A stretch of DNA of 64,000 nucleotides from contig CABUQW010000003.1 in assembly GCA_902493895.1 (NCBI GenBank), positions 13,997-77,996 on the forward strand, given 5' to 3'. This stretch comes from an uncultured Collinsella sp. Lineage in GTDB: Bacteria > Actinomycetota > Coriobacteriia > Coriobacteriales > Coriobacteriaceae. The position numbers and the translations under genes are program-made. This document shows, in pieces, positions 30,575 to 39,913 of this stretch. The notes under the pieces are model-generated. The model saw nothing but the letters and a program-made list of their open reading frames with translations. It ran no database searches and was not told the DNA's origin. Each line of letters starts with the position of its first letter. The first letter of the stretch is position 1.

Positions 30575-30742
30575 AACAGATTCGTCGATCACGAGGTGGG
30601 ATTTGTATTTGGACTGCGCAAACTCTTGGGCAAGGGTGCTTTTTCCAACGCGGCGGGCCCCCTCGAGCATGATGGCTCGGGATCCATTGCTCGCTTTCCA
30701 ATCGAGGAGTTTATTGTAGGCCGTACGTCTGAATACTGACAT
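30575..30742 (-). pseudogene. N-terminal fragment of an AAA-type ATPase (Walker A GARRVGKST), truncated
   Basis: MSVFRRTAYNKLLDWKASNGSRAIMLEGARRVGKSTLAQEF... loses protein-like character after about 55 aa and runs into the convergent terminator and endonuclease gene. Confidence 0.5.
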
Positions 30743-30764
30743 GATTGCCCAATCTAGCTGCTGT

Positions 30765-30850
30765 ATACACGAAATGGGAAGTGTGGTTACCTGATTCAAT
30801 ACACGAAATGGGAAGTATATACAGGCCCTTTTCTACACGAAATGGGAAGT
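30765..30850. repeat. Three direct copies of TACACGAAATGGGAAGT with an exact 34 bp period
   Basis: The copies start at about 30766, 30800 and 30834. Confidence 0.8.
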
Positions 30851-31035
30851 GCGGGTACCGCTGGAGCTTGTTGGGATAGATGGAGCGCATGTGTTGCGTC
30901 GCTCAGGTATGCTCATATGTGCCTAGAGTTTCACATGCCGAGAAAGGTTGATGGCTGCCATATCCACATACCAAAACACGGAGCGCTCAGCGCCGTCGAC
31001 ACCCGCGTCACCAATTTCCCCGCGGGGGGGGAGTT

Positions 31036-31153
31036 TTCGAATCCGCCCGGGGGCACCAGGGAATATGACGGCGTCGCGTGAGCGGCGCCGTTTTTGGTTA
31101 GTGGGGGCCGACGGCAGATTCGGGCCGTCGACGCTCGCGTCACCAATCGCGTC
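31036..31153 (+). repeat. Right direct repeat of the tRNA-Arg islet (partial tRNA 3' end, T-loop to CCA, plus downstream sequence)
   Basis: TTCGAATCCGCCCGGGGGCACCAGGGAATATGACGGCGTCGCG is identical to 27861-27903. Confidence 0.8.
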
Positions 31154-31527
31154 ATTCGAATCGGCGCTGGGAATTCAGTGCTTTTCCTCATGCAAGTATC
31201 TTCCATCTTGCGTCGCCGTCAGCCGTGAGCGGTCGATTTTTACCGATAAACGGCAAATTAATTCAGAAAAAATCAGGTAACTTCAAGAATGGTCAAACTT
31301 GATTAACAGCAAAACCACAAGGTAGATGGCTTTATACGGTGAAAAACTCTGACACAATGAGAAAAAGAGTGAAAAATACTGATTGAAAATGAACTTATGT
31401 GGCAGTAATCTACATGTCACAGGGTAAGCCCCGGCGCGCAGGCGGCGGCCCTTATCGAATTACGGATATAGATCAGGTGCTCGAACGGGCAGAAACGATC
31501 AAGGACGAAGGTAAAGGACGTAGAAGC

Positions 31528-32466
31528 ATGAAGCTTGCAACTCGTATCAACTCCTATTTTCGCGATGGCGACAAGAATCTTGATCGCGTGTTCGCGGAGT
31601 TCCAGAGCGTGGGCCTCACGCACGTCGACCTCAACTACCCCGAGCACTGCACAGGTGTCACGGCTGAGGACATGGCCGCCAAGCTCGCAGCTCACGACCT
31701 GCAGCTGAACGGCTGCGCGCTGCGCTTCCGCAACGCCTTCCTCAACGGTGACCTGGGCAATGCCGATGATGCCCTTGCCGCGGAAGCCCTTGAGCTCTGC
31801 TACGAGGCGTGCGACTACTGCCGCACTGCCGGTGGCAACACGGTGACCATCTGGCTCGGCCACGACGGCTTTGACTACAGCTTCCAGATCGCCTACGCTC
31901 GCGTCTTCGACCAGCTCGTAGCCGCATTCCAGAAGGTTTGCGACTACGCGCCCGACCTCAAGATCTCGATTGAGTACAAACCCTACGAGGAGCGCGCGTA
32001 CGCGTTCATCGACTCCATGGGTATGACCGGCATGATTCTCAACGCTGCAGACCGCCCGAACCTGGGCGTCACGCTGGATTACTGCCACATGCTCATGAAG
32101 CACGAGAACCCTGCCATGGCCGCCGACCTGTTCGGCCGCGAGGGCAAGCTCTACGGCATTCACCTAAACGACGGCAACGGTCGCTTCGACGATGGCCTTA
32201 TGATTGGTACGTCCACGCCGGTGAAGACCCTCGAGTTCCTCTACTACGTGAAGAAGCACGGTTACGACAGCGCAATCTACTTCGACACGTTCCCGGTCAT
32301 CGAGCCCGCTGCCGGCGAGGCTGCACAGAACGACCAGATGATCCATCTGCTCAACGACGCCATCGAGGCCGTAAGCATGGAGAAGATCCAATCCGTTATC
32401 GATGCAAACGACGCGATTAAGGCAGCCGAGCTTGTCCGCGAGCTCTTCTGCGCAATGGGGAGGTAA
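31528..32466 (+). CDS. Sugar phosphate isomerase/epimerase (xylose-isomerase-like TIM barrel family)
   Basis: Translation typical of the family (IEYKPYE, DYCHM, IHLNDGNG). ATG 31528 gives about 312 aa; the track ORF opens at 31399. Confidence 0.65.
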   Translation: MKLATRINSYFRDGDKNLDRVFAEFQSVGLTHVDLNYPEHCTGVTAEDMAAKLAAHDLQLNGCALRFRNAFLNGDLGNADDALAAEALELCYEACDYCRTAGGNTVTIWLGHDGFDYSFQIAYARVFDQLVAAFQKVCDYAPDLKISIEYKPYEERAYAFIDSMGMTGMILNAADRPNLGVTLDYCHMLMKHENPAMAADLFGREGKLYGIHLNDGNGRFDDGLMIGTSTPVKTLEFLYYVKKHGYDSAIYFDTFPVIEPAAGEAAQNDQMIHLLNDAIEAVSMEKIQSVIDANDAIKAAELVRELFCAMGR

Positions 32467-32469
32467 CCA

Positions 32470-33846
32470 ATGAAACGCGACTGGAACGCGATGGCTCAGG
32501 GGATTCTGGACGCCGTCGGTGGTCCCGAGAACATCTCGGGCATGACGCACTGCGCGACGCGCCTGCGCCTCAATCTCAAAGACGACGCGGCTTGCGACGA
32601 CGCTGCGGTCAAGGAAGTCGAAGGCGTTGTGAACACGCTGAACAAGGCCGGTCAGTACCAGGTCCTCATCGGCACTGAGGTCCCGAAGCTGTACGAGAAG
32701 TTTGAGCCGCTGGTCAAGGGTTCGGGCGTGGAAATCTCCGCTGCTACCAAGGACGAGGGCGAGAGCATCGTCAGCCAGGTCTTCTCCGCGATCTCCGGCA
32801 TCTTTGCCCCGCTGCTGCCCGCCATGGCCGGCTCCGGTATCCTGCGCGGCTTCGTTATCCTGGCCGCCCAGCTCGGCATCATCGCTGAGGGCACGGGTAC
32901 CTACACCATCCTGTACACCCTGGCCATGAGCGTGTTCTACTTCCTGCCCGTGCTGCTCGGCTTCTCCGCCGGCAAGCGCTTCGGCGCGAGCCCGTACCTG
33001 TCGGCGCTGCTCGGCGCGTGCCTGCTCTACCCGGACTTCATCGCCCTCATGGGCGACGCGGGCAACGGCGCCATGACGGACTTCTTCGGCATCCCCGTGG
33101 TTCTCATGAACTACAACTCCACGGTTATCCCTGCCATCTTGTCTGTCTGGGTCTACTCGTACCTGTACAAGTGGCTCGATGAGCACGTTTCCGAGATGCT
33201 CAAGCTCGTCGTGCTGCCCGCCATCTCCCTGATCGTTATGGTTCCGCTCACCATGCTCGTCATCGGTCCCCTGGGCGTCTACGCTGGTGAGGCCATCGCC
33301 TTCGTGGTCAACTGGCTGATCGAGCGCAGCTCCGTGTTCGCCGGCGTGCTGGTTGGCGGCGGCTGGTCCGTGCTGGTGTCCATGGGCATCCACTGGGCCG
33401 TGAACCCCATCATGATCAACAACATCGCTCAGAACGGCTTCGACTACATCTGCCCCTTCACCTTCGCCTGCAACTTCGCCGTTATCGGCTGCGCCTTCGG
33501 CGTGTTCCTCAAGGCCCGCGACCAGAAGCTCAAGAGCTTCGCGATGACCGGTGTCGTATCGATCGCCCTGTCCGCCATCATCGAGCCCACGCTGTTCGGT
33601 ATGCTCGTGAAGAACAAGAAGGTCTGGCTTGCGCAGATCATCGGCGGTGCCGTCGGCGGCGCGTTCCTCGGTATCATGAAGGTCGTCACCACTGCGTTCA
33701 CCTTCGGTTCCGTCACTACGTTCCCGGCTTTCGTGAGTTCCGACCCCATGAACTTCGCTTGGGCTATGGTCGGCATGCTCATTTCCGCCGTCGTGGCCGG
33801 TGTTCTTGCCTTCGCCTTCACCGGCAAGGAGGATCAGCTCGCCTAA
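32470..33846 (+). CDS. PTS EIIBC component (glucose/sucrose/beta-glucoside superfamily)
   Basis: EIIB active-site context (NISGMTHCATRLRL) followed by a polytopic EIIC domain. Confidence 0.85.
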   Translation: MKRDWNAMAQGILDAVGGPENISGMTHCATRLRLNLKDDAACDDAAVKEVEGVVNTLNKAGQYQVLIGTEVPKLYEKFEPLVKGSGVEISAATKDEGESIVSQVFSAISGIFAPLLPAMAGSGILRGFVILAAQLGIIAEGTGTYTILYTLAMSVFYFLPVLLGFSAGKRFGASPYLSALLGACLLYPDFIALMGDAGNGAMTDFFGIPVVLMNYNSTVIPAILSVWVYSYLYKWLDEHVSEMLKLVVLPAISLIVMVPLTMLVIGPLGVYAGEAIAFVVNWLIERSSVFAGVLVGGGWSVLVSMGIHWAVNPIMINNIAQNGFDYICPFTFACNFAVIGCAFGVFLKARDQKLKSFAMTGVVSIALSAIIEPTLFGMLVKNKKVWLAQIIGGAVGGAFLGIMKVVTTAFTFGSVTTFPAFVSSDPMNFAWAMVGMLISAVVAGVLAFAFTGKEDQLA

Positions 33847-34070
33847 GAGCCCCGGATGCGCCGCCTCTCCTAGGGTCGTTCTCTTCGCTTGAAGAGCGTC
33901 GCGCTTACGCGAGGTGTGTCAACCTCGTTCAAATTGTGAACGAGAGGGTAGGTCAATCGATTAAGCGGTCGTCATCGCAACAGGTGGCGGCCGCTATTCT
34001 GCTTGTGCGTTACACTTTTCGAAAAGAAATGAACGAGCGTGAAGCAGAGTGGTTTGGAGAGGTTCCCAAT

Positions 34071-34814
34071 ATGATTCCGTATGAGCGCCAGGAGCGAATT
34101 GTAGAGTGCCTGCAGAAGTCGGGCCTCGCGAGGATTTCCGAGCTGCAGGAGGAGCTGCCGGGCGTCTCTATTTCGACGCTACGTCGCGACCTCAAGGAGC
34201 TGGAGGCGCTTGGCAAGGTTGAGCATCTTTCGGGCGGCGCGGTGAGGCTCCTCTCGGCTGTCCACGAGGTGAGTATCTCGACGCGTTCGGGCCTACACGG
34301 GAGTGAGAAGGAACAGATTGCCCAAGTCGCCTTGCGTTTTGTTGAGGACGGGGACACGCTCTACTTGGACTCGGGTTCCACCTGCACGGCGCTGCTGCGT
34401 CTGCTGCTCGACCGCGACGTGACAATTTACACGACGGATGCCTCGGCGTGCCTGATTAAGAGCGAGACGCGCGCCCAGCTCATCGTGGTGGGTGGCGAGT
34501 TCAACTATGTGAACTCCTCGTTCTGCGGTTCTATGACCGAATCGATCCTGCGCGATCTGTACTTCGATAAGGCGTTTATCGGGACCAACGCGATTGACGA
34601 GGACCGCGGCGTCATGACGCCCTCCTACGTTGAGGCGGCGAAGAAGCGCATCGTGCGCGAGAATTCGAATAAGGCGTACGTGCTGTGCGACAGCTCGAAG
34701 TTCCATCAGTTCTCGAATGTTCGCGCGTTTGGGTTCGATGGTGTGTCGATTATCGCGGAGTCCTATGACGAGAAGATCGCCCAGTGCGCGCGCCTGATCA
34801 CGCCTGGAGCGTAG
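34071..34814 (+). CDS. DeoR-family transcriptional regulator
   Basis: DeoR HTH (ERQERIVECLQKSGLARISELQEELPGVSISTLRRDLKELE) plus a sugar-binding C-terminal domain. The start is taken at ATG 34071, as the upstream part of the track ORF looks non-coding. Confidence 0.85.
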   Translation: MIPYERQERIVECLQKSGLARISELQEELPGVSISTLRRDLKELEALGKVEHLSGGAVRLLSAVHEVSISTRSGLHGSEKEQIAQVALRFVEDGDTLYLDSGSTCTALLRLLLDRDVTIYTTDASACLIKSETRAQLIVVGGEFNYVNSSFCGSMTESILRDLYFDKAFIGTNAIDEDRGVMTPSYVEAAKKRIVRENSNKAYVLCDSSKFHQFSNVRAFGFDGVSIIAESYDEKIAQCARLITPGA

Positions 34815-34988
34815 GGGGTCCGGGCTCAGGTCTGCGGATTGCGGCCCCTGGCTGCTGCTGTCCGCGTAGCGGGATTTCTTCCTAGGGAATACGACAGCGT
34901 TTCGTGGTGCGGGCTCCTGCATGATACCAGCTAGATAGGCAAATATGGCAACGTTGTGAATCTGGAAAAGCCTGCAGGTTAACAACGT

Positions 34989-35038
34989 GGTTAAACGATT
35001 AATCAGCCAGACTGTAGATAAAGGTTAAACGATTAATT
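34989..35038. promoter_or_regulatory. Two copies of GGTTAAACGATTAAT (LacI-type pseudo-palindromic operator candidates) upstream of the epimerase gene
   Basis: Copies at 34989-35004 and 35023-35038. A related site, GGTTAACAGATTAACC, lies at 37416-37431. Confidence 0.45.
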
Positions 35039-35079
35039 ACCACCGAGTAGATAATCACCGAGCAGATAAGGAGTTCACT

Positions 35080-35733
35080 ATGCTGCTCTGCCCCAGTCTC
35101 ATGTGCGCCGACTACGGCAATCTGCGTGCGACCGTCGAGGATCTCGACGCCGCCGGCATCGACATCTTCCATTGCGACGTGATGGACGGCAGTTTCGTTC
35201 CCAATTTCGCCATGGGTCTCGAAGACATCAAGGCCGTGCGAGCTGCCACCAACAAGCTCGTCGACGTGCACCTTATGGTCGAGAATCCTGCCAGCAAGGT
35301 TGAACTTTTCGCCTCCGCCGGCGCGGACATCATCTATATCCATCCGGAGTCCGAGCGTTACGTGGTCAAGACACTCGCCGCGATTAAGTCCCTCGGCAAG
35401 AGCGCCGGTATCGCCGTGAACCCCGACACCTCTATCTCCGAGATCGAGGAGATGTTGAACCTCTGCGATTACGTGATGGTCATGACGGTGAATCCGGGTT
35501 TTGCCGGTCAGAGCTTTATCGAGTTCACGAACGACAAGGTGCGTCGCCTTGCCGCGCTGAAGGAGCGCTTTGGCTTCAAGCTCATGATCGACGGCGCCTG
35601 CTCGCCCGAGCGCGTGCGCGACCTGTCCGCCATTGGCGCGGACGGATTTATCTTGGGCACCAGTGCGCTGTTTGGCAAGGACGCTGGTTACGAGGAGTGT
35701 CTGCGCCGTTTGCGCGCCGGCGAGGTGTATTAG
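35080..35733 (+). CDS. Ribulose-phosphate 3-epimerase family protein (Rpe/AlsE-like)
   Basis: Family-typical translation (CPSLMCAD, FHCDVMDGSFVPN, VHLMV, MTVNPGFAGQ). Confidence 0.85.
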   Translation: MLLCPSLMCADYGNLRATVEDLDAAGIDIFHCDVMDGSFVPNFAMGLEDIKAVRAATNKLVDVHLMVENPASKVELFASAGADIIYIHPESERYVVKTLAAIKSLGKSAGIAVNPDTSISEIEEMLNLCDYVMVMTVNPGFAGQSFIEFTNDKVRRLAALKERFGFKLMIDGACSPERVRDLSAIGADGFILGTSALFGKDAGYEECLRRLRAGEVY

Positions 35734-35805
35734 AAGCGGAACGGCGAATTAGGACGGATTGAGCGCGCGGCATGCGCGAATGGTTCTTATGGAAAGGGGT
35801 CTCTT

Positions 35806-36282
35806 TTGAAGATCGGTATTGGAAACGACCACGTCGCAGTCGAGTACAAGGAAGCCATCACGGCGTATATCCAGGAGAAGTACGGCTACGAAGTCGTGAA
35901 CTTCGGTACGGACAGCACCGAGCGCTTTGACTATCCCATCGCGGGTGAGGCCGTGGCGGACGCTGTCATGTCCGGCGAGGTTGATCGCGGTATCGTTATC
36001 TGCGGTACGGGTGTGGGCATCTCGCTTGCCGCCAACAAGGTGCGCGGTATCCGTTGCTGCACCTGCTCTGAGCCGTATTCCGCTCGCCTGTCGCGCGAGC
36101 ACAACAACACCAACATGCTCGCATTTGGTGCTCGTGTGGTAGGCATCGAGCTGGCCAAAATGATTGTCGACGCCTGGCTCACCGGCGAGTTCGAGGGCGG
36201 CCGTCACCAGCGACGCATCGATATGATTCGCCAGATCGAGGCTCGTCAGCTCGTACGTGCGGAGGAAGCACGCGGCTGGTAG
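35806..36282 (+). CDS. rpiB: Ribose-5-phosphate isomerase B (RpiB/LacAB family)
   Basis: MKIGIGNDH and GIVICGTGVGISLAANK motifs. The start codon is TTG. Confidence 0.85.
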   Translation: MKIGIGNDHVAVEYKEAITAYIQEKYGYEVVNFGTDSTERFDYPIAGEAVADAVMSGEVDRGIVICGTGVGISLAANKVRGIRCCTCSEPYSARLSREHNNTNMLAFGARVVGIELAKMIVDAWLTGEFEGGRHQRRIDMIRQIEARQLVRAEEARGW

Positions 36283-36285
36283 CGG

Positions 36286-36320
36286 AAAAGCCCGTCACCC
36301 GTGTGGTGGCGGGCTTTTTG
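36286..36320. terminator. Bidirectional stem-loop between rpiB and the convergent LacI gene
   Basis: AAAAGCCCGTCACC-N5-GGTGGCGGGCTTTTT. Confidence 0.7.
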
Positions 36321-36381
36321 CATGTCGCGCGTGGGATAGAGCACATGCGAGAGAAAAACGCGGCTATTCGCTGCCCGCTGT

Positions 36382-37392
36382 CTAGCTGCTCGCGCGTTGC
36401 ACGAGCTTAACGGGGACAAGCGTCTCCATCTCGGGCTCTTCGCCGCGCAGCAGGGCGAGCAGGGCCTGACATCCCTCGTGCGCGAGGCGCTCGGGGAAGC
36501 GGCGGATGGTGCTGATTTGCGGCGTCGGAAGCTGCGCGTAAACCGAATCGTCGAAGCCGATGAGACGGACGTCTTCGGGTACGCGCTTGCCGGCGGCAAC
36601 GAGCGCACGCAGCGCGCCCACGGCTGCGTGGTCGCTATGGGCGAAGACGCCGTCGACGGGGTAGCCCGTGGAGAGGAAGTCGGTCACGAGCTCTTCCGAC
36701 TCGATGATGCTCGGCTGCTTACCCGAGACAAACAGCTGGTAGTCGCGGCGTAGCGGCATTCCGTGCGCGGCGAGCGCCCGCTCGTAGCCCATCTGGCGCT
36801 CGTTGCCGGGGTAGTTGGCGGTAAAACTCGAGATGCTCAGGATGTCCTTGCAGCCGCGCTCGATGAGGTGCTCGGTCGCCATGTAGCCACCGCCGATGTT
36901 GTCGGAGCCCACGTGTGGGAAACCGAGGTCGTTTTCGGGCGCACGGTCGATGCAGACCACGGGGATTCCGTGGGGGACGAACTCGCCGTCGAGCCTGCGC
37001 AGGCCGGAGATACAGATGATACCGTCGGCCTGCTTGCTTGCCAGCGTGCGGAAGTAGTCACGCTCGCGGGCGGGGTCATTGGCGCTGTTGCAAACAAAGA
37101 CCGAGTAGTCCTCGGTTGCCAGCTCGCGCTCCACATGCAGGGCGATCTTGGAAAAGAAGTCGTTGGAGATGTCCGGCACGATCATGCCGATGGTCCGGGA
37201 CTGGGCCATACGGAGGCTCTTCGCCGCCATGTTCGTGACGTAGCCGTATTCCTTTAGGGCGGCTTCCACGCGTTTGCGGGTGTCTTCGGAAAAACGGCCG
37301 CTGCCGTTGATGACGTGGGAGACCGTGGCGACGGATACGCCGGCCGCGACGGCAATCTGGCGCATGGATGGGCGCTTGCCTGGTGTGGGCAT
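36382..37392 (-). CDS. LacI-family transcriptional regulator
   Basis: N-terminal LacI HTH (SMRQIAVAAGVSVATVSHVINGSGRFS) plus a periplasmic-binding-protein-like fold. Confidence 0.9.
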   Translation of the reverse strand: MPTPGKRPSMRQIAVAAGVSVATVSHVINGSGRFSEDTRKRVEAALKEYGYVTNMAAKSLRMAQSRTIGMIVPDISNDFFSKIALHVERELATEDYSVFVCNSANDPARERDYFRTLASKQADGIICISGLRRLDGEFVPHGIPVVCIDRAPENDLGFPHVGSDNIGGGYMATEHLIERGCKDILSISSFTANYPGNERQMGYERALAAHGMPLRRDYQLFVSGKQPSIIESEELVTDFLSTGYPVDGVFAHSDHAAVGALRALVAAGKRVPEDVRLIGFDDSVYAQLPTPQISTIRRFPERLAHEGCQALLALLRGEEPEMETLVPVKLVQRASS

Positions 37393-37415
37393 GGGGCCTC
37401 CTGCTGCTTTCGGGT

Positions 37416-37431
37416 GGTTAACAGATTAACC
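37416..37431. promoter_or_regulatory. Pseudo-palindrome GGTTAACAGATTAACC 24 bp upstream of the LacI-family gene start
   Basis: Related to the two sites at 34989-35038. Confidence 0.4.
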
Positions 37432-37444
37432 GAGATTGTAGCGC

Positions 37445-37642
37445 ATGCGCGATGCCGTAATGGGTCGCTTCGAAGTCGTTTTGTCGCGCTCGGTCTGCAC
37501 CTTGGATAAGAAGGAGTTCGTCGAGCACTCCGATCCGGAGCGCACGCGCGCCAACATCCCGCTGTTCCAGCAGGGCATCATGATACAGCAGCTCAACTCC
37601 GAGAAGCTCGTGGTCGAGACCATGGTGAAGTTCTGCGGCTAG
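37445..37642 (+). other. Short orphan frame with genome-typical third-position GC bias, possibly a C-terminal gene remnant
   Basis: 65 aa frame (..IPLFQQGIMIQQLNSEKLVVETMVKFCG) with no convincing RBS. I recognise no family. Confidence 0.25.
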
Positions 37643-37729
37643 TAATTACTGCATTACATATTCTGTTGTCACCTGGGAGGCTTGTTTTTGCGGGCCTCTT
37701 TGTGTTGCTATGGAGCCCTGGCCTGTCGA

Positions 37730-37770
37730 TAAACAAAGCGCCCGCTTGCCGGGGAGCAAGCGGGCGCTTC
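37730..37770 (-). terminator. Terminator downstream of pknB (minus strand)
   Basis: AAGCGCCCGCTTGC-N6-GCAAGCGGGCGCTT, with TTGTTTAT following on the minus strand. Confidence 0.65.
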
Positions 37771-37819
37771 TGAGCGAATATGTTTGCGGCGAGAGCCGTA
37801 ATGAGCGGTGAGGTGGCGA

Positions 37820-39796
37820 CTAGTTGGTCGTACCGGAATCGTCGCCCGTGCCCGTGCCCGTGCCCGAGCCCGAGCCAGAAAGTGCGACCGTCAGCGTAAT
37901 CGTGCTGTCGGTGGACTGCTTGCCGGTGGGGGAGACGCCCGTAACGGTGGCATCCTCGTTACCGCTTACGGGATTGCCGTTCTGGTCACAGAAGCCGATG
38001 TTATAGAAACCGGCGTTGTTGAGCGCGGTGACGGCGGCGGAGATGCTCTTGCCGTACAGGTTGCCCGGAACACTGGCCTTGCCGGACTTCTTGGCAATGA
38101 CGACGGTAATCGTGGCGCCGGGCTTCTGCTTGCCGCTGGGGTTCCAGCTGATCACGGTGCCCTCGGTAACCGAGTCGTTCTCCTGGTAGCTCACGTCGAC
38201 GCCAAAGCCTGCCATATCGAGGGCGTTGCGCGCCTGGGCCTCGGTCATGTCGGTCAGGTCGGGGACGGACGTGGTATCCGGGCCGCCCGAGACCTTGTAC
38301 GAGATGGTCGTGCCTTTCTCGACTTCCTTACCGGCTCCGGTGCCCTGCTCAAAGACCTGGCCCTCATCGGCCTCATTGGCCTCCTCGGAGGCGTTGCCCT
38401 TCAGGCCAACGCTTGCCAGCGCGGCCTCGGCCTGGTCTTTGGTCAGGCCGACAAGCTGGGGAACCTCAACCTTCTCGGAGGGCTTGGGGCCCTTGGAGAT
38501 TACCAGGTTCACCTTGGTTCCCTTGGCCTTCTTGGTGTTGCCGTTGGGCGTCTGCTCGGCGACCTTGCCCTCGTCGACATCGTCGTTGTAGCTTTGGTCG
38601 ATGGTGCCGACCTCGAGGCCGGCTTCCTTGATCAGCTCGACGGCAGTCTGCTGGTCCTTGCCCAGCACATCGGGCACGGTGACCTGCTCGCCGCCAAAGA
38701 GTCCTGTGGCAAAGGCCACCACGATGCCGATGACGGCAACGGCTGCCACCACGGCGGCGATGATCTTGTTCTTGTTGGATTTGGGCTTTTCGACCTCGTA
38801 GGAGCCGGTGGAGCCCGAAACCGAGCTACGGGCGGTATTTTGGCCGCTCACGCCCGAGACGGGACGCACCATGGCGCGCGTCTGATCGGAAAGCTCGCGA
38901 GTCTTGGTGGCGCCCAGCTCACCGGGGGCACCGATGATGCGCGTGGGCTCCGAGACGTTGACGGCACGGCCCGACAGGTAGCTGTTGAGCACCTGACGCA
39001 GCTCGTCGGCGGTCTGGAAGCGGTTTGCCGGGTCTTTCTCCATGCACTTGAGGATGATGCGCTCAAGGTCGGCGTCGACACCGGAGTTGATCTGGCTCGG
39101 CGGAATAGGCAGCTCGTTGACCTGCTTGAGTGCGACCGAGATAGCGTCGTCACCGTCAAAGGGAACGCGGCCGGTGGCGCACTCGTACATCACGACGCCC
39201 AGCGAGTAGATATCCGAGGTGGGGCCGAGGTCCTGACCGCGGGTCTGCTCGGGGCTGACGTAGTGAGCGGTTCCCAGCACGTTGTTGTCTTGCGTGAGGT
39301 GGCTGTTCTTGGCGCGCGCGATGCCAAAGTCCATCACCTTGATGTTGCCGTCGGGCAGCACCATGATGTTCTGCGGCTTAATGTCGCGGTGGATGATCTC
39401 GTGCTTGTGGGCGACCGAAAGCGCGGAGCTAATCTGCGAGCCGATCTGGGCGACCTTCTTGGGGTCGAGGGCGCCGTGGCTCTTGATGCCGCTCTTAAGG
39501 TCGGTGCCGCGCAGGTACTCCATGACGATGTAATAGGTGTCGCCGTCCTTGCCCCAATCGTAGACGCCCACGATATAGGGGGAGGAGAGACCGGCTGCTG
39601 CCTGGGCCTCCTGCTTAAAGCGTGCGGCGAAGGTTGCGTCGCCAGCATACTGCGGCAGCATAATCTTGACGGCTACCGTGCGGTCGAGGACCTGGTCCTG
39701 TGCACGGTAGACGGTCGCCATGCCGCCTGTCCCCACCTTATCCTTGAGGAGGTATCTTCCCCCGAGGACCCTCTGTTCCATTCCTGCTCCTAACAT
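37820..39796 (-). CDS. pknB: Ser/Thr protein kinase PknB with extracellular PASTA repeats
   Basis: Hanks kinase motifs (GTGGMATVY, VAVKIM, HRDIKPQN, DFGIA, SPEQ), a TM helix, then four PASTA-like repeats. ATG 39781 is an alternative start. Confidence 0.9.
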   Translation of the reverse strand: MLGAGMEQRVLGGRYLLKDKVGTGGMATVYRAQDQVLDRTVAVKIMLPQYAGDATFAARFKQEAQAAAGLSSPYIVGVYDWGKDGDTYYIVMEYLRGTDLKSGIKSHGALDPKKVAQIGSQISSALSVAHKHEIIHRDIKPQNIMVLPDGNIKVMDFGIARAKNSHLTQDNNVLGTAHYVSPEQTRGQDLGPTSDIYSLGVVMYECATGRVPFDGDDAISVALKQVNELPIPPSQINSGVDADLERIILKCMEKDPANRFQTADELRQVLNSYLSGRAVNVSEPTRIIGAPGELGATKTRELSDQTRAMVRPVSGVSGQNTARSSVSGSTGSYEVEKPKSNKNKIIAAVVAAVAVIGIVVAFATGLFGGEQVTVPDVLGKDQQTAVELIKEAGLEVGTIDQSYNDDVDEGKVAEQTPNGNTKKAKGTKVNLVISKGPKPSEKVEVPQLVGLTKDQAEAALASVGLKGNASEEANEADEGQVFEQGTGAGKEVEKGTTISYKVSGGPDTTSVPDLTDMTEAQARNALDMAGFGVDVSYQENDSVTEGTVISWNPSGKQKPGATITVVIAKKSGKASVPGNLYGKSISAAVTALNNAGFYNIGFCDQNGNPVSGNEDATVTGVSPTGKQSTDSTITLTVALSGSGSGTGTGTGDDSGTTN

Positions 39797-39913
39797 AACT
39801 ATTCGCTCAACGATGTGTGTAGTACCTACGATGTGGCCGCTGGGGCCGTGTGGCGCGTTGCCGCTAACTCTTCGGCCGCGGCGCGCCTCGGGTGTCCGAT
39901 TCGATCATGGGCA

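Noticed and set aside
30765-30850. The regularly spaced 17 bp repeats were considered as a mini-CRISPR array.
   Set aside because: There are only three copies, the repeat (17 bp) and spacers (17 bp) are far too short, and there are no cas genes. They are reported instead as iterons or arm-type sites.
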